From positions 160,001 to 224,000 of the forward strand of contig CBDCRW010000007.1 in NCBI GenBank assembly GCA_965221125.1: a DNA stretch of 64,000 bases, given 5' to 3'. Positions 9,765 to 19,851 of this stretch are shown piece by piece. Positions within the stretch are counted from its first letter, which is position 1; each line of letters opens with the position of its first letter. The position numbers and the translations under genes were made by a program. The stretch is from Alphaproteobacteria bacterium (GTDB lineage Bacteria > Pseudomonadota > Alphaproteobacteria > UBA828). Below the pieces are notes generated by a model. It searched no databases and had not been told where the DNA came from. It was given only the letters and a program-made list of their open reading frames with translations.

Positions 9765-10382
9765 CTACTGCGGAACCTTGATACCCCGCTGCACCGCGGG
9801 CCTCGCGCCGATGGTCTCGAACCAGCGCTGCAGGTTCGGGTAGTCGGCCCAGTCGATGCCGTGCCACTCCCACCGGCGCACCCAGCCGAAGCAAGCGATG
9901 TCGGCGATGGAGTAGTCGCCGGCGAGGAAGTCGCGCTCCGCGAGCCGGCGGTCCATCACGCCGTAGAGCCGGTGCGCCTCGGTGGTGTAGCGCTCGATGG
10001 CGTAGGGCACCTCGACCTTGGCGAAGCGGCGGAAGTGGTTGGCCTGGCCGAACATCGGGCCGACGCCCCCCATCTGGAACATCAGCCACTCCATCACCCG
10101 CCAGCGCCCGCGCGCGTCGGCAGGCATAAGCTGGCCGGTCTTGTCCGCGAGGTAGAGCAGGATCGCGCCCGACTCGAAGAGCGAGATCGGCTCGCCCCCC
10201 GGCCCGTCGGAATCGACGATGGCAGGGATCTTGTTGTTGGGGCTGATCTTGAGGAAGTCCGGGTGGAACTGCTCGTCCGCCCCGATGTTGACGGGGTGGA
10301 CGCGGTAGGGGAGCGCCACCTCCTCCAGCATGATGGAGACCTTGACGCCGTTGGGCGTGCCCCAGGTGTAGAGGTCGATCAT
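9765..10382 (-). CDS. Glutathione S-transferase, YfcG/Nu-class
   Basis: MIDLYTWGTPNG, SPNNKIPAI, FESGAIL, WLMFQMGGVGP, YSIADIA. Confidence 0.92.
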   Translation of the reverse strand: MIDLYTWGTPNGVKVSIMLEEVALPYRVHPVNIGADEQFHPDFLKISPNNKIPAIVDSDGPGGEPISLFESGAILLYLADKTGQLMPADARGRWRVMEWLMFQMGGVGPMFGQANHFRRFAKVEVPYAIERYTTEAHRLYGVMDRRLAERDFLAGDYSIADIACFGWVRRWEWHGIDWADYPNLQRWFETIGARPAVQRGIKVPQ

Positions 10383-10393
10383 CGCGCCTCTCC

Positions 10394-11089
10394 CTAGCGG
10401 GCTTCGAACTGCTTGGCGCCGAACATGATCGAGCGCTCTTCCTCGGTGAACGTGGGCTTCTTGCGGATGCGATCGGACATCACGGCGAGGCCGCGCTCCA
10501 CCGCAGGCCGCGCGTTGTTGCGGTCCAGCCACTTGGCGAGGTTGGGGTAGTCGGCGATGTCCTGCCCCTGGTTCTCCCAGAGCCGCATCCACGGGAAGAT
10601 CGCCATGTCGGCGATGGAGTAGTCGCCCGCGACCCAGTCACGGTCCGCCAGGCGCTTGTTCACCACGCGGTAGAGGCGGCTCGTCTCGTTCACGTAGCGG
10701 TCGATGGCGTAGGGCAGCTTCTCCGGCGCGTAGTTGCGGAAGTGGTGGCACTGGCCGAGCATCGGCCCGACGTTGCCCATCTGGAAGAAGAGCCACTGCA
10801 GCACCTCGGCCCGGCCGCGCTCGTCTGCGGGCACGAAGCGGCCGTGCTTGTCGGCGTAGTGCAGCATGATGGCGCCGGATTCGAAGAGGCTGAGCGGCTG
10901 GCCGTCCGCGCCCTCGGAATCGACCACCGCCGGCATCCGGTTGTTGGGCGCGATCGCGAGAAAATCGGACTCGAACTGCTCGCCCTTGTTGATGTCCACG
11001 GGAATCACGTTGTACGGGATGCCGAGCTCCTCGAAGAGGATGGTGAGCTTCCATCCGTTCGGCGTCGGCCAGTAGTAGAGATCGATCAT
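10394..11089 (-). CDS. Glutathione S-transferase, YfcG/YghU-like
   Basis: MIDLYYWPTPNG, PNNRMPA, FESGAIM, YSIADMA. Confidence 0.92.
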   Translation of the reverse strand: MIDLYYWPTPNGWKLTILFEELGIPYNVIPVDINKGEQFESDFLAIAPNNRMPAVVDSEGADGQPLSLFESGAIMLHYADKHGRFVPADERGRAEVLQWLFFQMGNVGPMLGQCHHFRNYAPEKLPYAIDRYVNETSRLYRVVNKRLADRDWVAGDYSIADMAIFPWMRLWENQGQDIADYPNLAKWLDRNNARPAVERGLAVMSDRIRKKPTFTEEERSIMFGAKQFEAR

Positions 11090-11136
11090 GGCGCCCTTCT
11101 CCCTTGCCGCATCGGGCCGGAGAACGGCCCGGCCCC

Positions 11137-11165
11137 GTTATGACCAGCCGGCCCCGGCCGGTCAA
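11137..11165 (-). promoter_or_regulatory. Putative sigma70 promoter of the GST-GST-ybaK operon
   Basis: Minus strand TTGACC-N17-CATAAC, about 50 bp upstream of the GST start. Confidence 0.5.
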
Positions 11166-11170
11166 CGTCA

Positions 11171-12297
11171 TGTCCTAGTTCAGGGCTTATGAGACGGCTG
11201 GGTTTCGTTGGCTGTGATCTGAGCAAGGTATTCGGCTGGTGTTTGTCCGCCAAGGGCGTGGTGTGGCCTGAAGCTGTTGAACTCGTCGGCGAAGGCGTCG
11301 ATCCATCGGTTGATGTCCTTGAGGCTGTCGCTGGGCAGCTCCCAGGTAGCGTAGAACTCGTAGCGCCAGGCGCCGTTGTTGCGCTCGACATGGCCGTTGA
11401 GTTCGGGCGTGCGGGGCGGCAGCTCGTAGAGGGCGATGCCGCGCCGCGCGCATTCGGCCTCGAAGTCGGCCTTGAACTCCGATCCGCCATCGACCTGGAT
11501 GGCCTGGATGGGGAAGGGCATGTCGGCCTGGAGCTTGTCGAGGAAGTTCTTGGCGTTGTGCGCGCTGGCGCGTCGGAAGGCTTGGGCGCAGGTCCACTTG
11601 GCGAGCGGATCGCAGGCGGTGAACTGCTTGAGTGTGCGCCGCTCTGCGCCGAGAGAGACGCTGAGCGTGTCGAGCTGGACGATCTCGCCGGGCCGGCTCG
11701 GCCTCAGGCCCTTGGGCAGGCGCCTGGCGTGGGGCCGCTTGCGGCGGACGCCATGGCGGCGGCGGCGCAGGGTGGGCACGGGCACGACCCGGCCTCGGGC
11801 GACCAGCATCGCCAGGATGCGGCCTACGGTGCTCTCCGAGACGACCCAGCCCTCGCGGCGCAACAGGACGACCAGCTTGGCCTTGCCCCACATCGGATAG
11901 TCGCGGCGCATGGCCTCGACCGCCTCCACCAGCGCCGGCGACCAGGTCGGCCGGCGCAGCCGGTGGGGCCGGCGCGAGCCGGGCTCCGGGCGCTTCGCCC
12001 AGCGATAGAGGGTGGCGCGCGGCACGCCGACCGCCTCTGCGGCATCGGCGGCACTCAGTCCCCGCGCTCGGGCCTGCTGCCAACGCATAAGCGCATCGCG
12101 CCTGATCGCCGCTGCGCTGTCGGGGGGCTCCGCGCCGATCAGGCGCGACCCGACCATCGCGTTTCGGATAACATGGCGGGGCAGGCTTCTGACCTGCATG
12201 GGGGCCTCCTTCAGGCTGCTTCGGTTCGCACCAACAGCCTCGGAGACCCCCACCCCCACTTCAAGGGGCCCGTCTCATATCTCTCTGAACTCGGTCA
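11171..12297 (-). mobile_element. IS481-family insertion sequence, apparently complete
   Basis: Imperfect terminal IRs TGTCCTAGTTCAGGGCTTATGAGACGG versus TGACCGAGTTCAGAGAGATATGAGACGG; 5-bp direct repeat CGTCA at 11166-11170 and 12298-12302. Confidence 0.88.
11180..12259 (-). CDS. DDE integrase-core transposase (IS481 family)
   Basis: HTH GVPRATLYRW, VQLDT, IQVDGGSEF, NGHVERNN, FNSFRPHHALGGQTP; the real start may be MQVRSL near 12199. Confidence 0.92.
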   Translation of the reverse strand: MGVGVSEAVGANRSSLKEAPMQVRSLPRHVIRNAMVGSRLIGAEPPDSAAAIRRDALMRWQQARARGLSAADAAEAVGVPRATLYRWAKRPEPGSRRPHRLRRPTWSPALVEAVEAMRRDYPMWGKAKLVVLLRREGWVVSESTVGRILAMLVARGRVVPVPTLRRRRHGVRRKRPHARRLPKGLRPSRPGEIVQLDTLSVSLGAERRTLKQFTACDPLAKWTCAQAFRRASAHNAKNFLDKLQADMPFPIQAIQVDGGSEFKADFEAECARRGIALYELPPRTPELNGHVERNNGAWRYEFYATWELPSDSLKDINRWIDAFADEFNSFRPHHALGGQTPAEYLAQITANETQPSHKP

Positions 12298-12360
12298 CGT
12301 CACGGGCCGGCGCCGCCGCGCATCTCGGGTAGCAGCGGGCGATGTTTTTTTGCGGAAAAG

Positions 12361-12473
12361 CCGAGATAAGCCGAGACAAACCGAGATATGCCGAGATAAC
12401 GCGAGACAAACCGAGACAAACCGAGACAAGCCGAGATAAAACGCCGAGATAAGCCGAGACATGTCGAGACGGA
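12361..12473. repeat. Tandem array of 11 copies of a 10-bp unit, consensus CCGAGAYAAR
   Basis: ccgagataag ccgagacaaa ccgagatatg ccgagataac gcgagacaaa ccgagacaaa ccgagacaag ccgagataaa [acg] ccgagataag ccgagacatg tcgagacgga. Confidence 0.95.
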
Positions 12474-12679
12474 GCGGCGCGTGACGGCGCGTTGCGACAC
12501 GCCGCAGGGCAGGCGCCGGCCGCGATGAACATGCCTCCCCGCGTCCCGGCCCATCCCGGCCTGTCGGCTGCACATCGTTCGCTCGCGCACCGCATGAGCC
12601 GATGATGGCGCGGACGGCGCATCCCGTGCACCGCACCATGGACCGGGGAGTCGGTTCGGATCGTGACGAGAACCGCAGC

Positions 12680-13666
12680 TCAGAAGTGCGTGTAGCCGGG
12701 GCGGCCGAGCGCGAGCGGCTTGCCGTCCGCGTCGGCGACCGTGACGCCTTCGCCCTGCTCGACGGTGCCGATGCGGGTGAGCGCGAGACCGAGCCGTTGG
12801 CCGATGGCCTCGATGGCGCCCCGCGCTGGCGGCGGCGCGCAGAACACCAGCTCGTAGTCGTCGCCGCCGGTCACGAGGTCGGCGAGCGCCGCCTCGCCCG
12901 CCTCGATGGCGCGCCTGGCTGCTGGCGAGAGCGGCACGGCGTCGGCGCCGATGCGCGCGCCCACTCCCGATTCCTCGCAGATGTGGCCGAGGTCGGCGGC
13001 GAGGCCGTCTGACATGTCGATGGCGCACGTGGCAATGCCGACGAGCGCCCTGCCCAGCGCGAGTCGGGGCTCGGGCAGGCGGAAGCGCGCGGCAAGCGCC
13101 GCGCGGTCGGCCGGATCGAGCCCGGCCAGCGCGCCACGCACCGCGCGCAGGCCGAGCGTCGCGTCGCCGACGGTGCCGGAGACGTAGACGTCGTCGCCGT
13201 CGACCGCGCCGGAGCGGGTCAGGCAGCCATCGCCCGCGACCCAGCCGAAGGCGGTGAGCGACAGCACCGCCGGGCCTTTCGCCGCCACCGTGTCGCCGCC
13301 CACCAGCACGACGCCGAAGGCCTCCTGGTCCTGCGCGAGGCCAGAGGCGAACGCCTCCACCCAGGCATCGCCCACGTCCTCCGGCAGCGCGAGGCCGAGC
13401 GCATAGGAATCGGCCTCCGCGCCCATGGCCGCGAGGTCCGAGAGGTTCACACGCAGCAGCCGGCGGGCGATGACGGCGGGCTCCTCGCCTTGCCGGTAGT
13501 GCACGCCGGCCACCATCACGTCCTTGGTGACGACGAGGGCGGCACCTGCCGGCGGCGTCAGCAGCGCGCCGTCGTTGCCGAGGGCGAAGGCGCCGGGCGC
13601 GGCGCGGCTCAGCGGCCTGAAGAAGCGCTCGATGAGGCCGAATTCACCGCTCTTGCGGCCGGACAT
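12680..13666 (-). CDS. thiL: Thiamine-monophosphate kinase
   Basis: GEFGLIERFF, VNLSDLAAMGA, GGDT, IDMSDGL, GGDDYEL, C-terminal GYTHF. Confidence 0.95.
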   Translation of the reverse strand: MSGRKSGEFGLIERFFRPLSRAAPGAFALGNDGALLTPPAGAALVVTKDVMVAGVHYRQGEEPAVIARRLLRVNLSDLAAMGAEADSYALGLALPEDVGDAWVEAFASGLAQDQEAFGVVLVGGDTVAAKGPAVLSLTAFGWVAGDGCLTRSGAVDGDDVYVSGTVGDATLGLRAVRGALAGLDPADRAALAARFRLPEPRLALGRALVGIATCAIDMSDGLAADLGHICEESGVGARIGADAVPLSPAARRAIEAGEAALADLVTGGDDYELVFCAPPPARGAIEAIGQRLGLALTRIGTVEQGEGVTVADADGKPLALGRPGYTHF

Positions 13667-14171
13667 GGTCCGCTCCGTCCGCCATCTCCGCCGCGCGGAG
13701 CCGCCGCGCGAGGCTGTCCAGCGCGCCGTTGACGAAGGCCGGCTCCCGCTCGGAATGGAAGGCGCGCGCGAGCTCGACGTACTCGTTGATGACCACGCGG
13801 GCGGGCACGTCGGGGCAGGCCGCAAGCTCGCACGTGGCCGCCCGCAGGAGGGCACGCACGACCGCGCCGAGGCGTTCCAGGCTCCAGCGCTCCGCGAGCG
13901 TCGCCGCCACCAGGGCGTCGAGCTCGCCGGCCCGCGCCGAAGCCTCCCGCACGACGCGCTCGAAATGGCGGCGGTGGGGGGCTGCATAGCGCTCGCCGTC
14001 GATCTCCTGGCCGGCGCGGTGGCTCAGGAACTCCTCGATCACCGCGTCCGCCGTCTGGCCGGACATCTCGATCTGGTAGAGGGCCTGGACGCAGGCGAGG
14101 CGCGCGCTGCTCCGCCCCTGGCCGCGTGGCGCCTGCGCCTGAGCCTTAGCGGTGCCCGGCGCGGCGGTCAT
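13644..14171 (-). CDS. nusB: Transcription antitermination factor NusB
   Basis: RSSARLACVQALYQ, VVINEYVELA, FVNGALD; position between ribH and thiL. Confidence 0.95.
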   Translation of the reverse strand: MTAAPGTAKAQAQAPRGQGRSSARLACVQALYQIEMSGQTADAVIEEFLSHRAGQEIDGERYAAPHRRHFERVVREASARAGELDALVAATLAERWSLERLGAVVRALLRAATCELAACPDVPARVVINEYVELARAFHSEREPAFVNGALDSLARRLRAAEMADGADHVRPQER

Positions 14172-14176
14172 CCTGC

Positions 14177-14623
14177 CTAGCCCCGTGCCGGCGCGCCGAG
14201 GGAGGCGCGGATCGCCATCATCGCGAGACACGCTTTGGCGGCGTCGGCGCCCTTGTTGCGCCGAGAGACCGCGGCCCGCTCCCACGCCTGCTCGCGGTTC
14301 TCGGCAGTCACCACGCCGAAGCCCAGCGCGATACGGTGGCGCTCGGCCAGCATGGCGAGTCCGCGCGCGCTCTCGCCGCAGACGTGCTCGTAGTGGCTGG
14401 TCTCGCCCCGGATGACGCAGCCGAGCGCCACGAAGCCGTCGTAGCGCCCGCTGTCGATCGCCATGGCGAGCGCCGCCGGCAGCTCGTAGGCGCCGGGCAC
14501 GCCGATCCGCTCGTGCGCCACGCCGGCCTCGTCGAGGGCGCCCTCCGCGCCCGCCACGAGCTGGTCGGCGATGTCCTCGTAGAAGCGCGCCTCGAGGATG
14601 AGAACCCGCTGCCCCTCAGCCAT
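14177..14623 (-). CDS. ribH: 6,7-dimethyl-8-ribityllumazine synthase
   Basis: VPGAYELP, ALGCVIRGETSHY, NKGADAA. Confidence 0.95.
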   Translation of the reverse strand: MAEGQRVLILEARFYEDIADQLVAGAEGALDEAGVAHERIGVPGAYELPAALAMAIDSGRYDGFVALGCVIRGETSHYEHVCGESARGLAMLAERHRIALGFGVVTAENREQAWERAAVSRRNKGADAAKACLAMMAIRASLGAPARG

Positions 14624-15764
14624 CGGAGTCCGCCATCCACGCCTGCCGCGCGCCATCCGAGATCGGGCGCTCTTCGACCACCCGGAGGCCGTAGCCGTCG
14701 AGGCCGACGATGGTCCAGTGCGTGTTGTGCAGCAGGATCATGTCGCGGACGCCGAGGTCGAGCAGGATCTGCGCGGCGACGCCGTAGTCTCTCAGGCCCT
14801 CGGAATCCTCGTGCTGCGCGTCCGGCTCCGCCGCCTCCGAGAGCCGCACGGGGAAGGGCTCGCGAATCACCACCACGACGCCGCGGCCGAGCTCGCCGAT
14901 CATGCGGAGCGCGGCCTGCAGCTTGCCGGTGTTCTCGCTCGAGGTATCGGCAAGCCCGTCGTCGAGGATGTTGAAGGCGTGGGCGCGCACGGGCACCGGC
15001 TCGTTGTCCCACACGTCGCCCTTCACCAGCGCGATGTGCTCGGCCCTCTGCACCGTGTCGGCGTAGACGTACATGCGGAAGGCGCCGCCGTGATGGGAGT
15101 TGAAGGTCGTCTCCCGCACCCTGCGGATGATGCTGTCGTGGCGCAGCCGGTAGGCGATCAGGTCCGCGATGGTGGCGATCCTGACGTTGTGGGCTTTAGA
15201 GAAGGCCTCGAGGTCCGGCATCCGCGCCATGGTGCCGTCGTCGTTCATGATCTCGCAGATCACGGCCGCCGGGTTGAGGCCGGCGAGGCGGGCGAGATCC
15301 ACGCTCGCCTCGGTGTGCCCGGTCCGCACCAGCACGCCGCCGTCGCGGGCGAGGAGGGGGAAGACGTGGCCCGGCGAAGTCAGGTCGTCCGGCCCGCAGC
15401 GCGGGTCGATGGCGACCGAGATCGTCCGCGCGCGGTCGGAGGCCGAGATGCCGGTGGTGATCCCCTCGCGCGCCTCGATGGAGACCGTGAACGCCGTGTC
15501 GTGCCGGGATTCGTTGCGCTTGGGCATCAGCTCCAGGCCGAGGTCCCGCACCCGGTCGCGGCTCAGCGCCAGGCAGATCAGCCCGCGGCCGTAGCGCGCC
15601 ATGAAGTTGATGGCCTCGGGCGTGGCCATCTGGGCCGGGATGACGAGATCGCCCTCGTTCTCCCGTTCCTCGTCGTCGGCGAGGATGACCATTCGCCCGT
15701 TACGGAACTCCTCGACCGTCTCCTCGACGGACATGAGCTTGCAGGACGACGCGGCGCGCGACAT
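14616..15764 (-). CDS. ribB: 3,4-dihydroxy-2-butanone-4-phosphate synthase fused to a degenerate GTP cyclohydrolase II-like domain
   Basis: [29 protein letters not shown]; C-terminal domain has [10 protein letters not shown] but no Zn-binding cysteines. Confidence 0.92.
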   Translation of the reverse strand: MSRAASSCKLMSVEETVEEFRNGRMVILADDEERENEGDLVIPAQMATPEAINFMARYGRGLICLALSRDRVRDLGLELMPKRNESRHDTAFTVSIEAREGITTGISASDRARTISVAIDPRCGPDDLTSPGHVFPLLARDGGVLVRTGHTEASVDLARLAGLNPAAVICEIMNDDGTMARMPDLEAFSKAHNVRIATIADLIAYRLRHDSIIRRVRETTFNSHHGGAFRMYVYADTVQRAEHIALVKGDVWDNEPVPVRAHAFNILDDGLADTSSENTGKLQAALRMIGELGRGVVVVIREPFPVRLSEAAEPDAQHEDSEGLRDYGVAAQILLDLGVRDMILLHNTHWTIVGLDGYGLRVVEERPISDGARQAWMADSDG

Positions 15765-15773
15765 CTCGACCTT

Positions 15774-16367
15774 TCAGCGCTCGGAGTGAAGGCGCGCAAG
15801 GTAGCGCGCGATCAGGTCCACCTCAAGGTTGAGCCGGCGGCCTGCGGCGCAGCCCTGAAAGGTGGTCTGGGCCAGCGTGTGGGGGATCAGATTGATCCCG
15901 AACGTATCGCCCGCGACCTCGTTCACGGTCAGCGAGACGCCGTCGAGCGCAACCGAGCCCTTGGAGGCGACGAAGCGCGCGAGGTCCGCCGGGCAGCGGA
16001 TCGTGAGGCGGAGCGATTCGCCTTCGGGCTCCGCCGCCTCGACCACGGCCACGCCGTCGATATGGCCGGTCACCAGGTGGCCGCCGAGCTCGTCGCCGAG
16101 CGCAAGGGCACGCTCCAGGTTGACGCCCGCGCCCTCGCGCCAGTCACCGAGGGTGGTCCGGTCCGCCGTCTCGCGGGAGACGTCGACCGCGAACCAGCCG
16201 GCTCCCTTGTCGACCACGGTGAGGCAGGGGCCCGAACAGGCGATGGAGGCGCCGAGCGCCACGGTGCCAGTATCGTAGGCGGTGGCGATCGCCAGCCTGA
16301 GCCCGCCGGCGGGGGCGTCGGCGATTGTCCGCACGCGGCCCACGTCGGTGACAATGCCTGAGAACAC
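15774..16367 (-). CDS. ribE: Riboflavin synthase alpha chain
   Basis: (M)[41 protein letters not shown]. Confidence 0.95.
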   Translation of the reverse strand: MFSGIVTDVGRVRTIADAPAGGLRLAIATAYDTGTVALGASIACSGPCLTVVDKGAGWFAVDVSRETADRTTLGDWREGAGVNLERALALGDELGGHLVTGHIDGVAVVEAAEPEGESLRLTIRCPADLARFVASKGSVALDGVSLTVNEVAGDTFGINLIPHTLAQTTFQGCAAGRRLNLEVDLIARYLARLHSER

Positions 16368-16377
16368 GGCGTGGCCC

Positions 16378-17496
16378 TCAGCCTGCCGGCGCCAGGGTGT
16401 CCAGCACGTCCTCGCCCACGGGCGTCGAGGCGATGCGGACGAAGCGGGGCATGTCGCCGGCGCGGTCGATGCCGAGCGCGGCCAGCGCCGGCACGCCGTC
16501 GCCGCCGATGACGCCGGGCGCCCGGAACCACTCGATGCGATCCACCAGGCCGGCGCCGAGCAACGAGGCCGCGATGCGGCCGCCGCCTTCCACCAGAACG
16601 CGGGTGAGGCCGCGCGCCGCCAGCGCTTCGAGCGCGGAGGCAAGCGCGGGGCGCCCGTCCGCCTCAGCCGCGGTCTCGATGACCTCGACGCCGGCCTCGC
16701 GCCAGGCCGCGTGCCGCCCGTCGCGGCCGAGCGCTGCGGTCGAGACGATCCATGTCGCCTGCTCGCCGGCGCCGGCGATGAGGGCATGACCCGCGGGAAG
16801 CCGAGCGTTGCCGTCGATCACGATGCGGACCGGGCTCGTGCGCGCCATGCCCGGCAGCCGGCAGGTGAGCGCCGGGTCGTCGGCGAGCGCGCTCGCGGCC
16901 CCCACCAACACGGCGTCGTGGCGCGCCCGCAGCAGGTGCGCGCGGGCGCGGGCCGCCGCGCCGGTGATCCAGCGGCTGTCGCCCGTGTGTGTCGCGATGC
17001 GCCCGTCCAGCGTGCTCGCGAGCTTGAGCGTCACCGAAGGCCGGCCTTTCTCGACGCGCGCGAGGAAGCCCGCGTTGAGGGCGCGCGCCTCATGTTCCAT
17101 GCAGCCGCACGCGACCTCGATACCCGCCGCTTCGAGCATTGCATTGCCGCGGCCGGCCACGCGGGGATCGGGGTCTTCGGTCGCGACCACGACGCGTGCG
17201 ATGCCGGCCTGCATAAGCGCGTCGGCGCAGGGGCCGGTCTCGCCGTGGTGGGCGCAGGGCTCCAGGGTGGCGTAGCAGGTGGCGCCCTTTGCGTCGTCGC
17301 CGGCGCGGGCCAGCGCCTCGGTCTCGGCATGGGGCCGGCCGCCGGGCTGGGTCCAGCCGCGGCCGACGACTCGCCCGTCTTGGGCGAGCACGCAGCCCAC
17401 CGCCGGGTTGGGGCACACATTGCCGAGGCCGCGCTCGGCCAGCGCCAGCGCCAGCGCCATGAAGCGGCGGTCGAGCGCCGGATCGGCCGCCGCCAT
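16378..17496 (-). CDS. ribD: Bifunctional riboflavin deaminase/reductase
   Basis: PNPAVGC, HAE, TLEPCAH...PC, LKLASTLDG, VEGGG. Confidence 0.95.
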   Translation of the reverse strand: MAAADPALDRRFMALALALAERGLGNVCPNPAVGCVLAQDGRVVGRGWTQPGGRPHAETEALARAGDDAKGATCYATLEPCAHHGETGPCADALMQAGIARVVVATEDPDPRVAGRGNAMLEAAGIEVACGCMEHEARALNAGFLARVEKGRPSVTLKLASTLDGRIATHTGDSRWITGAAARARAHLLRARHDAVLVGAASALADDPALTCRLPGMARTSPVRIVIDGNARLPAGHALIAGAGEQATWIVSTAALGRDGRHAAWREAGVEVIETAAEADGRPALASALEALAARGLTRVLVEGGGRIAASLLGAGLVDRIEWFRAPGVIGGDGVPALAALGIDRAGDMPRFVRIASTPVGEDVLDTLAPAG

Positions 17497-17500
17497 GTGC

Positions 17501-17959
17501 TCAGTCCTGCTCGTCGGTAAGCCCGCCGATGAACTCCTCGAAATCCTTCTTCTCGCCGAAGTTCCTGTAGACCGAGGCGAAGCGGACGTAGCCGACCTGG
17601 TCGAGGCCGGAGAGCGTCTCCATCACCATCTCGCCGATGACGCTGGTCGGAATCTCGGTCTCGCCCAGGCTCTCCAGCCGGCGCACGATGGCGGTCACGA
17701 TCTGGTCGATCCGCTCGGGCGCGACGGGGCGCTTGCGCAGCGCGATCTCCATCGAGCGCAGCATCTTGTCGCGCTCGAAGGGGACCCGCTGGCCGTCGCT
17801 CTTGATCACCGAGAGCTCGCGCAGCTGGATGCGCTCGAAGGTGGTGAATCGTCCCTTGCACATCGGGCACTGGCGGCGGCGGCGGGTCGCGGTGTTGTCC
17901 TCCGTCGGCCGCGAATCCTTCACCTGCGTGTCTTCGTTGCCGCAGAAGGGACAGCGCAC
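17501..17959 (-). CDS. nrdR: Transcriptional repressor NrdR
   Basis: MRCPFC...KDSR...[21 protein letters not shown]. Confidence 0.96.
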   Translation of the reverse strand: MRCPFCGNEDTQVKDSRPTEDNTATRRRRQCPMCKGRFTTFERIQLRELSVIKSDGQRVPFERDKMLRSMEIALRKRPVAPERIDQIVTAIVRRLESLGETEIPTSVIGEMVMETLSGLDQVGYVRFASVYRNFGEKKDFEEFIGGLTDEQD

Positions 17960-17969
17960 GGCGAGCCTC

Positions 17970-19283
17970 CTATCGGGTTTGCCCGGGGTAGACCGGGAAT
18001 GCGGCGCAGAGCGCGCGGACCTCCTCGCGGATCTCCGCCGCGCGGGCCTCGCTGCTGCCCTCCGCGTCGGCCTCGCGATCGAGCAGATCGGCGATCCAGT
18101 TCGCGATCCGCTGGAACTCGGCCGTGCCGAAGCCGCGGCTCGTCGCCGCCGGCGAGCCCAGCCTGATGCCCGACGTGATCCACGGCTTCTGGGGATCGAA
18201 GGGGACGCCGTTCTTGTTGCAGGTGATCCCGGCGTGCTCCAGCACGGCCTCCGCCAGCTTGCCGGTGAGCCTCTTGGCGCGGAGGTCGACCAGCAGCAGG
18301 TGCGTGTCCGTCCCGCCCGAGACGATGTCGTAGCCCCGCTCGATCAGCGCGCTCGCGAGCGCCTGGGCGTTGGCCACGACCTGCCGGGCGTAGTCCTTGA
18401 ACGCGGGCGTCATCGCCTCGCCGAACGCCACCGCCTTGGCCGCGATGACGTGCTCCAGCGGCCCGCCCTGCAGGCCGGGGAAGACGGCGGAGTTGATGCG
18501 CTTCGCCAGCGCCTCGTCGTCGGTCAGGATCATGCCGCCGCGCGGGCCGCGCAGGGTCTTGTGGGTGGTGGTCGTGACGATGTGGGCGTGCGGGAAGGGG
18601 TTGGGGTGAATCCCCGCCGCCACCAGACCCGCGAAGTGGGCCATGTCGACCATGAAGACCGCATCGATCGAATCCGCGATCCGGCGGAAGCGCGCGAAGT
18701 CGATGATGCGGGGATAGGCGGAGCCGCCGGCGAGGATCAGCCTGGGCTTCTCAGCCTGCGCCAGCGCCTCCACCTCGTCGAAGTCGATGCGACCGTCCTG
18801 GCGGCGGACGCCGTACTGGATCGCCCGGAACCACTTGCCGGAGAGGTTGGGCGGCGCGCCATGCGTGAGGTGCCCGCCCGCCGCGAGCGAGAGGCCGAGG
18901 AAGGCGTCGCCCGGCTCCAGCGTCGCGAGAAAGGCCGCCTGGTTGGCCTGCGCGCCCGAATGGGGCTGCACGTTGGCGAAGCCGCAGCCGAACAGCGCGA
19001 TCGCGCGTTCGATCGCGAGGCTCTCGGAGATATCCACGTTCTCGCAGCCGCCGTAGTAGCGCCGGCCGGGATAGCCCTCGGCGTACTTGTTGGTGAGCAC
19101 CGAGCCCTGCGCCTCCAGCACGGCGCGGCTCACGATGTTCTCGGACGCGATCAGCTCGATGGTCGTCTGCAGGCGTTCGACCTCGCCGGTCACCGCCGCG
19201 TGCACCGCCGGGTCGGCCTGCTGCAGCGAGCCGGTGAAGAACGAGGTTCCGGCCCCGCCTTCGGGGCGCGTGGATGCAGCCAC
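17970..19283 (-). CDS. glyA: Serine hydroxymethyltransferase
   Basis: [43 protein letters not shown]; start trimmed to GTG after RBS GAGGAAAGG. Confidence 0.96.
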   Translation of the reverse strand: MAASTRPEGGAGTSFFTGSLQQADPAVHAAVTGEVERLQTTIELIASENIVSRAVLEAQGSVLTNKYAEGYPGRRYYGGCENVDISESLAIERAIALFGCGFANVQPHSGAQANQAAFLATLEPGDAFLGLSLAAGGHLTHGAPPNLSGKWFRAIQYGVRRQDGRIDFDEVEALAQAEKPRLILAGGSAYPRIIDFARFRRIADSIDAVFMVDMAHFAGLVAAGIHPNPFPHAHIVTTTTHKTLRGPRGGMILTDDEALAKRINSAVFPGLQGGPLEHVIAAKAVAFGEAMTPAFKDYARQVVANAQALASALIERGYDIVSGGTDTHLLLVDLRAKRLTGKLAEAVLEHAGITCNKNGVPFDPQKPWITSGIRLGSPAATSRGFGTAEFQRIANWIADLLDREADAEGSSEARAAEIREEVRALCAAFPVYPGQTR

Positions 19284-19306
19284 GTTCGTTTCCCTTTCCT
19301 CGCTGA

Positions 19307-19741
19307 TCAGGAGAGCTTGGCCACGCGCCTGCCGTGGCGGCCGCCCTCGAATGCGGTGTCCAGGAATGCCTGCAGGCAGCGGCGCGCGGTCTCCTCCGAC
19401 ACACGCCGGGCGCCGAGCGCCAGCACGTTCGCGTCGTTGTGCGCGCGCGCGAGCCGCGCTTCCTCCGCGTCGTGGCAGAGCGCGCCGCGCACCGCGCGGC
19501 TGCGGTTGACTGCGATGCTCATGCCGATACCGCTCCCGCAAATAAGCACGCCCCGGTCGGCGCGCCCGCTCTCGATCTCGCTCGCCAGGGCCCGCGCGTA
19601 GTCGGGGTAGTCGACCGGGCCGTCGTCGCTGGGCCCGAGATCGATCACCTCGCGCCCCGCCGCCTCGAGCGCGGCGCGCAGGACCGCCTTGAGGCCGACT
19701 CCCGCGTGGTCGGAAGCGATGGCGAATCGGTCGTCTGACAT
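19307..19741 (-). CDS. rpiB: Ribose-5-phosphate isomerase B
   Basis: [32 protein letters not shown]. Confidence 0.95.
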   Translation of the reverse strand: MSDDRFAIASDHAGVGLKAVLRAALEAAGREVIDLGPSDDGPVDYPDYARALASEIESGRADRGVLICGSGIGMSIAVNRSRAVRGALCHDAEEARLARAHNDANVLALGARRVSEETARRCLQAFLDTAFEGGRHGRRVAKLS

Positions 19742-19851
19742 GGCCACTCCCCGCGCGGCCCGTGGCGGCCCTGTATACGCCCATGCCCGAGATTCGGGCA
19801 ACACTTAGTGCATGCCCCTATCCTTGGGGGCCTTGTACGGGCGCACGCAGT

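Noticed and set aside
12361-12473. Repeat array as a CRISPR array or as a coding repeat (ORFs 12275-12631, 12295-12639, tail of 11189-12439)
   Set aside because: Units are 10 bp with no unique spacers and no cas genes nearby; a unit length not divisible by 3 and low-complexity translations argue against coding
17496-19850. FMN or glycine riboswitch ahead of the rib and glyA genes
   Set aside because: Intergenic gaps are too short and no conserved aptamer motifs are visible
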